Assembly: GCA_002269645.1 (NCBI GenBank)
Contig: NIVC01000094.1
Location: 1,116,001-1,180,000, forward strand
Length of the DNA: 64,000 bases
Direction of reading: 5' to 3'
Source of the DNA: Macrostomum lignano
Taxonomy: Eukaryota
Below the pieces are notes generated by a model. It was not told the origin of the DNA, ran no database searches, and worked only from the letters and a program-made list of their open reading frames with translations. The position numbers and the translations under genes were made by a program. Shown in pieces: positions 49,343-61,387 of the stretch; the first letter of the stretch is position 1; each line of letters begins with the position of its first letter.

Positions 49343-49495
49343 CGAGAGTAACCCTGCCTGGCGTGGCCTCTCTATTAATCCAAAAGGTGACCCAGGACAT
49401 GCTGACAGTCATGTAGGAGGGCAGGTAGATCTGCAGCAGGTAATAACCGATCATCCGCTCCAGAGGAATTGTCAGGCTGAGCACGTCCCGAGTTT
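49343..49495 (-). CDS. Cys-loop channel exon (beta10, M1, start of M2)
   Basis: [47 protein letters not shown]; ttacag| acceptor and G|GTGAGA donor. Confidence 0.93.
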
Positions 49496-49577
49496 CTGTA
49501 AAGTTTTGTGTACATGATGTTGCAGCTAACTCGTATCTAGGTGTAGTGCAACGACTTCTAGACTTTTTAATTTTTTT

Positions 49578-50570
49578 AATGTAATGAATCCGATATGTAA
49601 TGCATCCGATATGTAATGCATCCGATATGTAATGCATCCGATATGTAATGCATCCGATATGTAATGTATGCGAAATGTAATGCATCCGATATGTAATGCA
49701 TCCGATATGTAATGTATGCGATATGTAATGCATCCGATATGTAATGCATGCGATATGTAATGCATCCGATATGTAATGCATCCGATATGTAATGCATGCG
49801 ATATGTAATGCATGCGATATGTAATGCATCCGATATGTAATGCATCCGATATGTAATGCATCCGATATGTAATGCATCCGATATGTAATGCATCCGATAT
49901 GTAATGCATCCGATATGTAATGTATGCGATATGTAATAATACATGCGATATGTAATGTATGCGACATGTAATGCATCCGACATGTAATGCATGCGATATG
50001 TAATGCATGCGATATGTAATGCATGCGATATGTAATGCATCCGATATGTAATGCATGCGATATGTAATGCATCCGATATGTAATGCATCCGATATGTAAT
50101 GCATGCGATATGTAATGCATCCGATATGTAATGCATCCGATATGTAACGCATGCGATATGTAATGCATGCGATATGTAATGCATCCGATATGTAATGCAT
50201 CCGATATGTAATGCATCCGATATGTAATGCATCCGATATGTAATGCATCCGATATGTAATGCATCCGATATGTAATGTATGCGATATGTAATAATACATG
50301 CGATATGTAATGTATGCGACATGTAATGCATCCGACATGTAATGCATGCGATATGTAATGCATGCGATATGTAATGCATCCGATATGTAATGCATGCGAT
50401 ATGTAATGCATCCGATATGTAATGCATGCGATATGTAATGCATCCGATATGTATTGCATCCGATATGTAATGCATCCGATATGTAATGCATCCGACATGT
50501 AATGCAACCGATATGTAATGCAAATCCGGTATGTAATGCAAATCCGGTATGTAATGCAAATCCGGTATCT
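49578..50570. repeat. 16-bp minisatellite filling the 1077-nt intron
   Basis: gatatgtaatgcatcc / gatatgtaatgcatgc, starting immediately after the donor site. Confidence 0.97.
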
Positions 50571-50572
50571 AC

Positions 50573-50767
50573 CGCTTCCAAGCTTGGACAGTTCGTGCGA
50601 GAAAGCCACCCCCTCAGGCCGGAACAAGAACTGAGCCATGGCGGTGACCTCAACGCCAAGATTCTTGCTAGTAGAGTTGATCACATTGGCCGGGATCTGG
50701 TGCAGCGCCGACTTGGACTTGGCCTCTTCCCACCACACGTAGACCAGGTTTTTAGAGTCGTACGCGT
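50573..50767 (-). CDS. Cys-loop channel exon (loop B end, loop F, beta9)
   Basis: [12 protein letters not shown]...AMAQFLF; ttccag| acceptor and G|GTAGAT donor; phases 1/1 fit both neighbours. Confidence 0.85.
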
Positions 50768-51208
50768 CTGGAATCGTTTTTTATAATGCCTTTTTTCACG
50801 GTTCTCGGTATACTCGTAGTACTGTAAGTAGTGTAATTAGAACTCTGTGAAAATACACTCTGTGTTCGGAATTTCTACGGAGTTGGTTCGGTAGGGAACC
50901 TTTTGTAAAGGTTTCCTGTGATTCTCTTGTCTAAGGGGTATTGTGACTGTAATTCCTGTCTGTAGCAGTCCTGTCTGTGACTCTAACAACTCTGTAACTG
51001 TAACAATCCCTTGTTTGTGACTCTAACAGCTCTGTCTGTGGTACTGTAACAGTAATTGTGGTTGTAACCCCCTGTCTGCAACTGTGATCGTGACTTTAAA
51101 TAATCAGATTTTTCTGATAAAAACTTATGACCTGATCTTGCTACTGAATATAGTAGATAGTTTGCAAAATGCGTCAATAGACAAATGGGAAGCGACGCAT
51201 TGACTCAC

Positions 51209-51291
51209 AACTGCCAATGAGCAGCGGGCAGGCCTGCTTGTCGACTGGGAATTTTCTGAAGTCCATGAAGCAGACGGCCTTGATCGTCAGT
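51209..51291 (-). CDS. Cys-loop channel exon (Cys-loop)
   Basis: RLTIKAVCFMDFRKFPVDKQACPLLIGS, a C-x13-C signature; ttgcag| acceptor and T|GTGAGT donor. Confidence 0.95.
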
Positions 51292-51868
51292 CTGCAAAGG
51301 TTTGCGTTCCGTGAGGGAGGCAGCGGCTGAGAGGTGGTGTTTGGTTTATTAGACACCATCAATCATTTTCAATCGTTCCTTTTTTACCCCAAACTTAGCT
51401 GTTCGGTTCATTATACGAAGGTGTGGCGTTAAAAATCACACTGCATGACAATCAAGGCCAAAAGCTGCTATAAATTTATTGTCAAGAGTTACCCCCCCCC
51501 TTCCAGGTCAGATCGGAAGTTAATAGCATTGCAGAGATCGCAGGGTGAGGCACAGCAAACTGCAAACTGTTTGGTTGAGTTTTCGTGGGTTCAGTAATCA
51601 ATCTACTTGGGATATTGAGGCTTCAAGTGAGTTGCAGTGTGTGCTCATGATCTTTCCATTCCTTTGTTGAAACACTGAATTTAAGAGTTTTTTAAATAAT
51701 TGTAACAGTCGGATTTTTTAGGATCAGAGTTCTCGTTTTGATTTCATTTTTGTTTTAAAACTGCAACCCTTGTATCTGACTCCGTGTAAATATCAAGTGT
51801 GCTAAAGCCAAAAAAAATTGCTTAAGTCGAATTTGGTAAGGATTCCTGTAGTTCTCCATTCTCTGGAT

Positions 51869-52223
51869 CAGGGGTTAGGAAACTCCGGCCTGTGGGCTAC
51901 ATGCGGCCCGTCAAGCCTCTCTATCCGGCCCTCGGATCCTTTGAATCTTCACAATAGCAATCTGACCCGCCCAAGGTTTGTGTCTCTTCTCTCCCCTCTC
52001 CTCTCTGCTCTCTCCCCTCTTCTCTCCCCTTTCTCCTCTCTACCCACTCTCCTCTCTCCTCTTTCCCTTCTTCTCCTCCCTCTCTCCCTTCTCTCATCTC
52101 TTCCCTCTTCTCCTCTTGTCTTCTTTCTTATCTCTTCTCTCTCTCTCATGTCTCATCTATTCCCTCTCATTTCTTTAACTCGCTCATCTGGCCCTTGAGG
52201 AAAAATGTTTTGCCAAATCCCTG
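51869..52223. mobile_element. hAT (Charlie/MER58-like) MITE with internal CT-rich expansion
   Basis: Ends CAGGGGTTAGGAAACTCCGGCCTGTGGGCTACATGCGGCCCG and ATCTGGCCCTTGAGGAAAAATGTTTTGCCAAATCCCTG, forming imperfect TIRs. 8-bp flanks ctctggat / ctctatat each differ by one base from ctctagat, the Charlie-type nTCTAGAn target. Confidence 0.75.
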
Positions 52224-52438
52224 CTCTATATTGTGTAGAGAATATTGATGTACATTGTGAAGTCTCAATTCCCCGCTTCCTTTCTTTCCTTTCCCCCGGC
52301 ATAAATGTACATACATCCCTTCTGCCCTTAACCTTTCTTGAATCTTGGTAATGTACATCACTGAATGTACATAGTAGTAAAGTCATTCATTTCAACCCTC
52401 TCCACCCGATGCCAATAAATAGCAATTAGCAAGCCTAC

Positions 52439-52668
52439 CGCATAGAGAAGAACACGGTGCCATCCGCCTGAATCCTTAGCAGCTTGTTTGGCGTGGTAAT
52501 CACGTGCAGCTTGGAGCCCTTGCCATTGAAAAAGTACGTGTCCGGCCGCCAGATCTTGTCTAGCGTACTAATGCTAACTTTGATTTCGTCCTGGTTGACA
52601 AAATCCGCGTCGAACCGGAGCCGATTATCCACCCAGGACTGGCGGAAGTAGATTTCCATGGCGTACAT
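52439..52668 (-). CDS. Cys-loop channel exon (loops D, A, E)
   Basis: YAMEIYFRQSWVDNRLRF...IWRPDTYFFNGKGSKLHVITTPNKLLRI; phases 0/2 fit. Confidence 0.95.
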
Positions 52669-53992
52669 CTGGAAGTTGCCGTGGATTTATGTATTGATGC
52701 GAATCTACCTGCTTAATATGGCTTAGTCGGTGGTTTATACGGGTAAAGACGATCTTATTTAATCGATAATCAAGCTAAAATTTTTATGGCAGTGGATTAG
52801 CTTAGCTGTCAGTCAATACAGCATAATAAATTACAGTTGCCCGTATCATAAAATGGTTAATACTCAGCGAAAACTAACCACCCCCCATCAATGTAAACCA
52901 TGTTGCAATGGCATTCGCACATTGAACTGGCCGTCAAAGTCTCCAGACATGAACTCCATCGAGCATGTCTGGGACAGGCGGTTCTGAATGGCTGGCAGCA
53001 GCTGCCCTAAGAGTTCATCAGCCGGCTGGTGATCAGGATGCCACGCCGACTCGCCGAGTGACCGCACTTTTGTATGCTCGCGGTTCCTACACACGATACT
53101 AAAACTAGCCATTAAAGACATTCATTTTTGTGCCGCGTGACAGCGTGAGTTGGGGGGGGGGGGTTAGCTGTTGCTGAGTATAGTATGACTATGATAATTT
53201 TAAAGTACTTGTATTAATTAATTGACATTGTCGCGACTTTCTTAGTCATTTTTCATTTCATCTGCCTTTGGTCTGTATACTCTGTTTCTCTCATTCATTC
53301 TAGTAGTAGTCTTGTTATTCTTATCTCTTTCCCTCGCGGCCTTCTAATTCGCTCTTAAACTTGACCTCTTTCCTCAGTCATCCACTTCACCCCCCTCGTC
53401 TGTTTATCTGTTTTCCCCCTTTGTGCTAGTTCAGTCTTGTTATTTTTATCTCTCTCCTGTGGCCTTCTGATTGGCTCTTCAATCTGATCTCTTTCCTCAG
53501 TCGCGCCCTCCAACCCCTCGTCTGCGTTTTCTCTCCCTCTAGTTCGCTTGTTGTTCTTATCTCTCTCCCTCGCTGCCTTCTGATTGGCTCTTCAATTTGA
53601 CCAATTTTATATTTTCTCTGTCACGAACTTCACTCAATTTCCTATCTGCACCCAACTCACCCCTATTAAGTCTTACAAATATACGAGTACTGCGCCCACG
53701 GGTGAATAAAACCATGGTTGCGCCTCACTTACTGAATACTGAGTTCTAGTTCAGTTTAATCTATAATTTAGTATAAGCCAAGCAAATTTCTACCTATTCT
53801 TATTTCTTTGTAGATTTCTTCTAACATTTCCAATCCCAAATTAAAAGCAGTTGCTTTCTGAGCTTTCCTAGTTGTAATAATATAAAACAATTGAATATGC
53901 ATAGGTCCGTCTGGACTTTAGACACTATTAGCATCCTTCAACCCGCAACCCTGTTAATTCATCGTTGCTAACAGTGCTCACCATACACTCAC

Positions 53993-54063
53993 CATATTCT
54001 CTTCATCGATGGGTCCCAAATTTTTTATGAGCATGTTGATTGCCACCGCTGCTGGCTCATCGT
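53993..54063 (-). CDS. Cys-loop channel exon (beta1)
   Basis: DEPAAVAINMLIKNLGPIDEENM; cttccag| acceptor and ATG|GTGAGT donor; phases 1/0 fit. Confidence 0.88.
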
Positions 54064-54109
54064 CTGGAAGGTGGGTCGAGGTGACAAAGAATGAGCTATC
54101 TCATTAGCT

Positions 54110-54600
54110 TCACAAACTATACACTTCACAAACCAGACGATTCACAAACCAGACGATTCACAAACCAGACGATTCACAAACCAGACGATTCACAAACCAG
54201 ACGATTCACAAACCAGACGATTCACAAACCAGACGATTCACAAACCAGACGATTCACAAACCAGACGATTCACAAACCAGACGATTCACAAACCAGACGA
54301 TTCACAAACCAGACGATTCACAAACCAGACGATTCACAAACCAGACGATTCACAAACCAGACGATTCACAAACCAGACGATTCACAAACCAGACGATTCA
54401 CAAACCAGACGATTCACAAACCAGACGATTCACAAACCAGACGATTCACAAACCAGACGATTCACAAACCAGACGATTCACAAACCAGACGATTCACAAA
54501 CCAGACGATTCACAAACCAGACGATTCACAAACCAGACGATTCACAAACCAGACGATTCACAAACCAGACACTTCACGACCTAGACACTTCACAAGCTAA
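54110..54600. repeat. 16-bp minisatellite
   Basis: cacaaaccagacgatt, ~29 near-identical copies. Confidence 0.97.
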
Positions 54601-55357
54601 CTTTGGTAGACACTTCACTTCACAAGAAACTTTGTTAGAACTGTTTCCGGTTTTCGAACTTGCTTGTAGCTCGTAAAAGCCATTTTCTACTTACAAAGTA
54701 TTTATCAGCTTTAGCTCCTTGCTTCCGCGCCGGTGCCCAGAGAAATGGGGATGGGTTATTAGCGGCACGCTCAGGGTCAGAACAAGACAGAATCGCCACT
54801 GTCTGCTCAAGCCGCACAAATCAGAGCCATCCAGACAAACACGACAAGCCAAAGGAGAGAGAATGCGAGGAGCAGTTGAGGCCGCGGCAACGCAGTGAAC
54901 CGAGCCCCATCTCCGTTGAGCCAAATTGAATCTGCCGCCCAATCTACATATCCAGCCGACAGTTTTTCTCGCTTTCAGCCGAAAGATTTTGCAACTTTCG
55001 GCTTTGGCAACCTTCAAGGACTTTTTTGCCTGTTCTTATACCCCTTCTTCTCTCCTGGTGTCCCCCCCCCCCTGTCAGTCGAGTCTTGCCACTGCCCAAG
55101 TCATTCGCTTTTATGAGATTATGGCCGCATTCCCAAGTGTCCTCCTGTCTGCCTGCCAGCAGCCCCTTAAAAGCGTTGTCTCCGCCAATTCCGCGAATTC
55201 CCACCGCCTCCCCCCTCATCGTAAATGACCCGTCAGCCTCTGCGCGACTTCTCACGCATTAAGAATGGAATTTTGAAGTCAGTAGTTTGGGCACAGCCGC
55301 TAATGCGATTTTGGGACAGTTTTAACCTCCTAAGGTCCGGTTTTCTGCGATGCAATC

Positions 55358-56345
55358 TCAGGTAATGCATCTACCTCAGGTACTGCATCTACCTCAGGTA
55401 CTGCATCTACCTCAGGTACTGCATCTACCTCAGGTACTGCATCTACCTCAGGTACTGCATCTACCTCAGATACTGCATCTACCTCAGGTACTGCATCTAC
55501 CTCAGGTACTGCATCTACCTCAGGTACTGCATCTACCTCAGGTACTGCATCTACCTCAGGTACTGCATCTACCTCAGGTACTGCATCTACCTCAGGTACT
55601 GCATCTACCTCAGGTACTGCATCTACCTCAGGTACTGCATCTACCTCAGGTACTGCATCTACCTCAGGTACTGCATCTACCTCAGGTACTGCATCTACCT
55701 CAGGTACTGCATCTACCTCAGGTACTGCATCTACCTCAGGTACTGCATCTACCTCAGGTACTGCATCTACCTCAGGTACTGCATCTACCTCAGGTACTGC
55801 ATCTACCTCAGGTACTGCATCTACCTCAGGTACTGCATCTACCTCAGGTACTGCAGCTACCTCAGGTACTGCAGCTACCTCAGGTACTGCAGCTACCTCA
55901 GGTACTGCATCTACCTCAGGTAATGCATCTACCTCAGGTACTGCATCTACCTCAGCCACCTCATCTACCGCCGCCACCTCATCTACCTCAGCCACCTCAT
56001 CTACCTCAGCCACCTCAGCCACCTCAGCCACCTCATCTACCTCAGCCACCTCATCTACCTCAGCCACCTCAGCCACCTCAGCCACCTCATCTACCTCAGC
56101 CACCTCAGCCACCTCATCTACCGCAGCCACCTCATCTACCTAAGCCACCTCATCTACCTCAGGTACTGCATCTACCTCAGCCACCTCATCTACCTCAGCC
56201 ACCTCAGCCACCTCAGCCACCTCATCTACCTCAGCCACCTCATCTACCTCAGCCACCTCATCTACCTCAGCCACCTCATCTACCTCAGCCACCTCATCTA
56301 CCTCAGCCACCTCATCTACCTCAGCCACCTCAGCCACCTCAGCCA
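55358..56345. repeat. 18-bp minisatellite switching to a 9/18-bp variant
   Basis: caggtactgcatctacct, then cagccacctcatctacct after ~55950. Confidence 0.97.
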
Positions 56346-57179
56346 GCTAAAAGCAGCCTGACGCAGAGAAGCTCTGAGAGCAGTTCAGTGTCCGAATGGA
56401 AGCTTCTCAGCAGCCAGCAGCGAAATCCCTGACCAACACAAAATCGACCAACACAGAACCGACAACCGAGCGTGACCCGAGCCCCCCGTTGTGTGATTGA
56501 CTTTTTTTTCAAAATGCAGCAATCCAAAGCAGCTCTCAATCTTCTTTTAGCTCTCCGCGCCGCCTTCTCCTCCCTTCTCGACTGCCTTCTTCCGGATTTC
56601 CCGTTGCTCGACCTCGGCCTCTCACTCATGCTCCCACTCTCTCTCTCTCTCCTCCCATTTCCCCCTTTGCCCAGTCTATTTTGGCGAAGAAAAGGCACTC
56701 AGGGGCTCCTGCCGCTCCCTACCGCAGCGCCCGCTGACCTTCTGGTTCTGGCTCTTCTTTCGTTTCGCTCAATTTGCGTGCTGCGTCCGATGCCGCGCCC
56801 ATGGGCTGGCGGCGGCGCCGGGCGGTGGCAGACGAGCCCGAAACAAGTGCACTTGTTTTCCCCTGTCTCTGGGGCCCCCTATCTATGGGGCATTTTGCCC
56901 GTTGGCAGTTTTTTCCACCATTAAATTATGAATGGACCGAATTGAATGCATTGGGTGCCAGCGCGGTCTTATCGCGCCAGATAAAATTGAGAGGAAAAGT
57001 GCTTTGGCGCAGCAAGAATCCACGCAGATTTTATTGCATTTATCTATTGCTGCTTTTGCGTCGCATTTTCGGCAGTCAGGTCGGGTTGCAAAGCCGCTGA
57101 CATTGTTTACCTAAAATGCTGTTTATGTCTTAATATGCCTCCGCGACAAAGACCTCTGCGCCCTGTCACAGACAACTTT

Positions 57180-58120
57180 TCATCTACCACCTGACATCTA
57201 CTATCTGCCACCTGACATCTACTATCTACCACCTGACATCTACTATCTACCACCTGACATCTACTATCTACCACCTGACATCTACTATCTACCATCTGAC
57301 ATCTACTATCTACCACCTGACATCTACTATCTACCACCTGACATCTACTATCTACCACCTCACATCTACGGTCTGACAAACATCATCTGACATCTAAAAT
57401 CTATCACCTGACATCTACTATCTACCACCTGACATCTACGGTCTGACAAACATCATCTGACATTTACAATCTACCACCTGACATCTACTATCTACCACCT
57501 CACATCTACGGTCTGACAAACATCATCTGACATCTACAATCTACCACCTGACATCTACTATCTACCACCTCACATCTACGGTCTGACAAACATCATCTGA
57601 CATTTACAATCTACCACCTGACATCTACTATCTACCACCTCACATCTACGGTCTGACAAACATCATCTGACATTTACAATCTACCACCTGACATCTACTA
57701 TCTACCACCTCACATCTACGGTCTGACAAACATCATCTGACATCTACAATCTACCACCCGGCATCTACATGCACAATCTACTCACTGACATCTACTATCT
57801 CACATCTACCATCTGATACCTGAAATCTACCTTCTGACATCTACATGTACAATCTACTCACTGACATCTACTATCTCACATCTACCATCTGACATCTGAA
57901 ATCTACCTTCTGACATCTACCTTCTGACATCTACCTTCTGACATCTACCGTCTGACATCTATGGTCTGATAAACACCATCTGACATCTACCATCTGATCT
58001 GAATCTAACATCTACCGTCTGACATCTACGGTTTGACAGACATCATCTACCGTCTGACATCTACGGTTTGACAGACATCATCTACCGTCTGACATCTATG
58101 GTCTGACAGACACCATCTGA
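57180..58120. repeat. 21-bp minisatellite evolving into a 70-bp higher-order repeat
   Basis: ctgacatctactatctaccac; 70-bp period at 57481/57551/57621/57691. Confidence 0.9.
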
Positions 58121-59289
58121 TATCTGACGCATCAACATTCAATGATAATACTGTATAGCCCGCATCCATAATTTTCGCACTACTTCTCCAAGTCAGCTAC
58201 CCCAAGCAGGCAGTCTCACACCCCATAGTAAGGCTCGCAAACTTCAAGTTTCCGCCTAGCCGTGCAATATTGCAACTGACAGTCCGTCAATAACTGCTGC
58301 CCCCCCCCTGCCAGCAACTGCCAGCAGGGAGTGTTGCCAAACAAATTTGCACCATCAGCCAATAAATTCTCCCCACCCCTCCTTCCCTCTCTTGGGCCGC
58401 TAGCAGCTGCCGGGGGGAGTGGAAGGCAGACATGTTGCATGTGGGAGCCTCGGGCAGGATTACGCTGCAGACTTGGCCATCATCATAATCAGATATGCTA
58501 ATCCCTGACCAGCTTCCCTTCGAAGCGCACTTGATGAAGAATTTATCCCCAACACCCCCCCCCTCGACTGAGGAATTTCTGCCAGAGCTTTTCCCAGAAC
58601 CGGAAAAAGTCGTCCCAAGCAGCTCGATTGCTAAGCTCCGGAAGGGTGCACCACCTCACTCCGCGGCTGGGGAGTGATCTGAGTGGGATTTGGCGGCTAC
58701 CGTTATAATTAGGATGCATTGAGCATTGAGCCGCTGCTGAGCACCTATTCATATTTGATAATAATATATGATTTGCTGTGAGCTTTTTTCAGTTTCACGG
58801 AGTCTCTGCTTATTCACTTGATGATGCTGGCTCTCCTTCTCTCTTTCTTCCACCTTCTCCATCTCCCTTCTCCGTTTCCCCTTTTCCACTCCTCTCCCAC
58901 CATGGGAGAAGAATCTCTCCTTCTCCCATCTCCCCCTCTCCCCCCTCTCCCATCTCCCCTCTTCCATCTCTCCGTCTCCCTCCTATATCTTTCCAGTTCT
59001 CCCTTCCCTACTATCTCTCTTCTTTCACTGACTCTTCTTTCGATTTTCTTTGCTGCTAATCAGGCATATTTTTCTAAGCTCACATTTTTTGTCGAAAGTC
59101 CGTTTGAAATCTCTGAGAGAAATTCCTACGAGTAGGAAGTCTGCGAGCCAATACAGAGTCATTAATTCCTAAGCACGAGTGATCAGTTATTGCTTCTTAA
59201 ATAGCTTTGTGTGTGAATAAAGGATGAGTGGTACCAGCTTATTGCATTGGGACTCAGCTGATGCGAGCTAAATAGGGATATAAATATTG

Positions 59290-59490
59290 GTGCTAGTGTA
59301 CAGATATCCCTGCGTTAGTGTACAGATATCCCTGTGCTAGTGTACAGATATCCCTGTGCTAGTGTACAGATGTCCCTGTGCTAGTGTACAGATATCCCTG
59401 TGCTAGTGTACAGATATCCCTGTGTACATGTAAGTGTACAGATATCCCTGTGTAAGTGTACAGATATCCCTGTGCTAGTGTACAGATATC
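59290..59490. repeat. 22-bp minisatellite
   Basis: tagtgtacagatatccctgtgc. Confidence 0.9.
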
Positions 59491-60039
59491 TTTCATCATT
59501 TGCTGGTCTCAAAGTCTCTCAATCTGAGAAATTTTGATCTTTTTGCACTTTGTGAGACACTGTTTTCTACGAAACAGAGGAGCATTGTTCTCATATGCAT
59601 TGCAAGCAGCTTCACGTTTTTCTATAGTGACTGCCGGCTGACAAAGTGAGCTCCAGCTTAGTGCAGCCTCGATCCGTTCTCTGCGATTCCAATAGCTCAA
59701 TCTGCTGCACTGACCTCCTCAGCTACTCTTGGGACTGCGGACGGCTTGTCGAGATGTCACGCAAACCTTACTGACGAACCAAAACTCAATCACGATAATT
59801 ATTTAGCTTGGTCACATCTCCCAAAATCCTTTAATCTGGGGACGGTGCGCGCTGACTCATATTGTCGGTTTGAACAATGCGCCAATTAGGGGAATTGCCA
59901 TGCCTTTTGTTCTTTTGATAGGTTTGATGAGCTGACGGAATGCGATTTCAGCTGATTGGGGGCAGCAGGGATTTGGTGACCGCAATCCCTAATCAGTTTA
60001 CTGATATTCATATTTCATAATTAAATTATTGATTCAATC

Positions 60040-60195
60040 ACAGCCAATCACGAATCAGTCATCAATTCAATCACAGCTGATCATCAATCAGTCACCAATT
60101 CAATCACGGCTGATCTCATCAATCAGTCACCAATTCAATCACAGCTGATAACAACTCAGTCACCAATTCAATCACAGCTGATCATCAATCAGTCA
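60040..60195. repeat. ~35-bp degenerate repeat beside the exon donor
   Basis: caattcaatcacagctgatcatcaatcagtcac, about 4 copies. Confidence 0.8.
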
Positions 60196-60218
60196 TTGTC
60201 ATCCCCGAAGTGACTCAC

Positions 60219-60461
60219 CGACCACCTCCTTCTCCCCGGTGACATTGTTCTCTCTGATGTCCAGGCCAGGCCGCAGGTTGCTGTCGTAGCGGCTGCTGCT
60301 CAGCATGTGGTTGAGCACGTCCGTGATGCGCACCAGCTTCACCGTGTTGTTGCTGGGCGCCGCTGGCGCAAAAAACCGACCTTCTTCGGCACCTCCTCCT
60401 CCTCCACCACCGCCGCCGCCGCTGCCGCTGTCAGCTCGGCCACCGACGGGAGGAGAGGCGA
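60219..60461 (-). CDS. Cys-loop channel exon (N-terminal helix); upstream signal-peptide exon not located
   Basis: ITDVLNHMLSSSRYDSNLRP is the ECD helix motif; donor G|GTGAGT (phase 1). The acceptor at 60462-60464 is tentative. Confidence 0.8.
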
Positions 60462-61387
60462 CTGCCCGCATCGAAAATAAGACGCCACTAAACAGTGAGC
60501 GGGTTTGGCGAGTCAGTGAGTTCAGTGATTCAGTGATCTATTCAGCATAGAGTACATCTAGTACTAGATATCCTAAATTTCTTATCAACTACAGCAGGCA
60601 CCACTGACTCATTATTTGAGCGTCACCGCAGTTTCTTGGAATCCACCCCCCAAAAAGTCCCTAGAGTCCCAAAAAATCACCCATCAGAGATGATTGGATG
60701 CAGGTGAGAAAGTGAGTTAGAATTTCGCTTTGAGCAGGCACAGTGTCCTAGCAGACAGGTGTTGGGCCGGTATGGATCTGAAACATCCCAAAACTGTAAG
60801 TCCTCTGGGAAAGGTTGATCTTATAGAAATTACTGAAGATGGAGGATGAGGAGGGGAAGAAAAAGTGCGAAAGGGAAAATACGATTCCCCAAAGCGGGGG
60901 TGGGGGTCTAGCTGAGATCTAGGGGATCTGGGGGATCTGGGGGATCGGGGGGATCTGGGTCTCGGCACCGCTTGCAAAATTTCCCACCGCGAATTTTCCC
61001 GACAAATCCCAGCTGGCGGAGAAGCCCGGCTTGAAACAACAGAAACTGCCGCCTCCCCCTCTTCTTCTTTATTTCTCTCATTCGGTTTCTTTCGCCGATT
61101 TATGATATCCTCAGTTTCATAAATACCTCACACTATTTTAGCTCTCGATAATGTTGGCCTGTTGCAGTCCCCTGCCTCCGTCCCAATCTTGCTGCATCAA
61201 TTAATGGAAGGTTAATATGAGGCGAGGATTTAAGTTAATAGCCACGGTCACGAGTGTGCTTACCGCTGTGCACTCCGTGCGTGTGCTGGGTAGTGATGTA
61301 CCAAAGCTTGAAATATGTGCGAGATTGATAAGGAATTACTGAAGTTAATAATTGACCAGAGTTGCTAAAGATGCACGACCTTGTACC

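Noticed and set aside
55330-56432. (VLHLPQ)n and (VDAVPE)n ORFs
   Set aside because: 18-bp repeat that is open on both strands by composition; it lies in an intron, with no unique domain or splice support.
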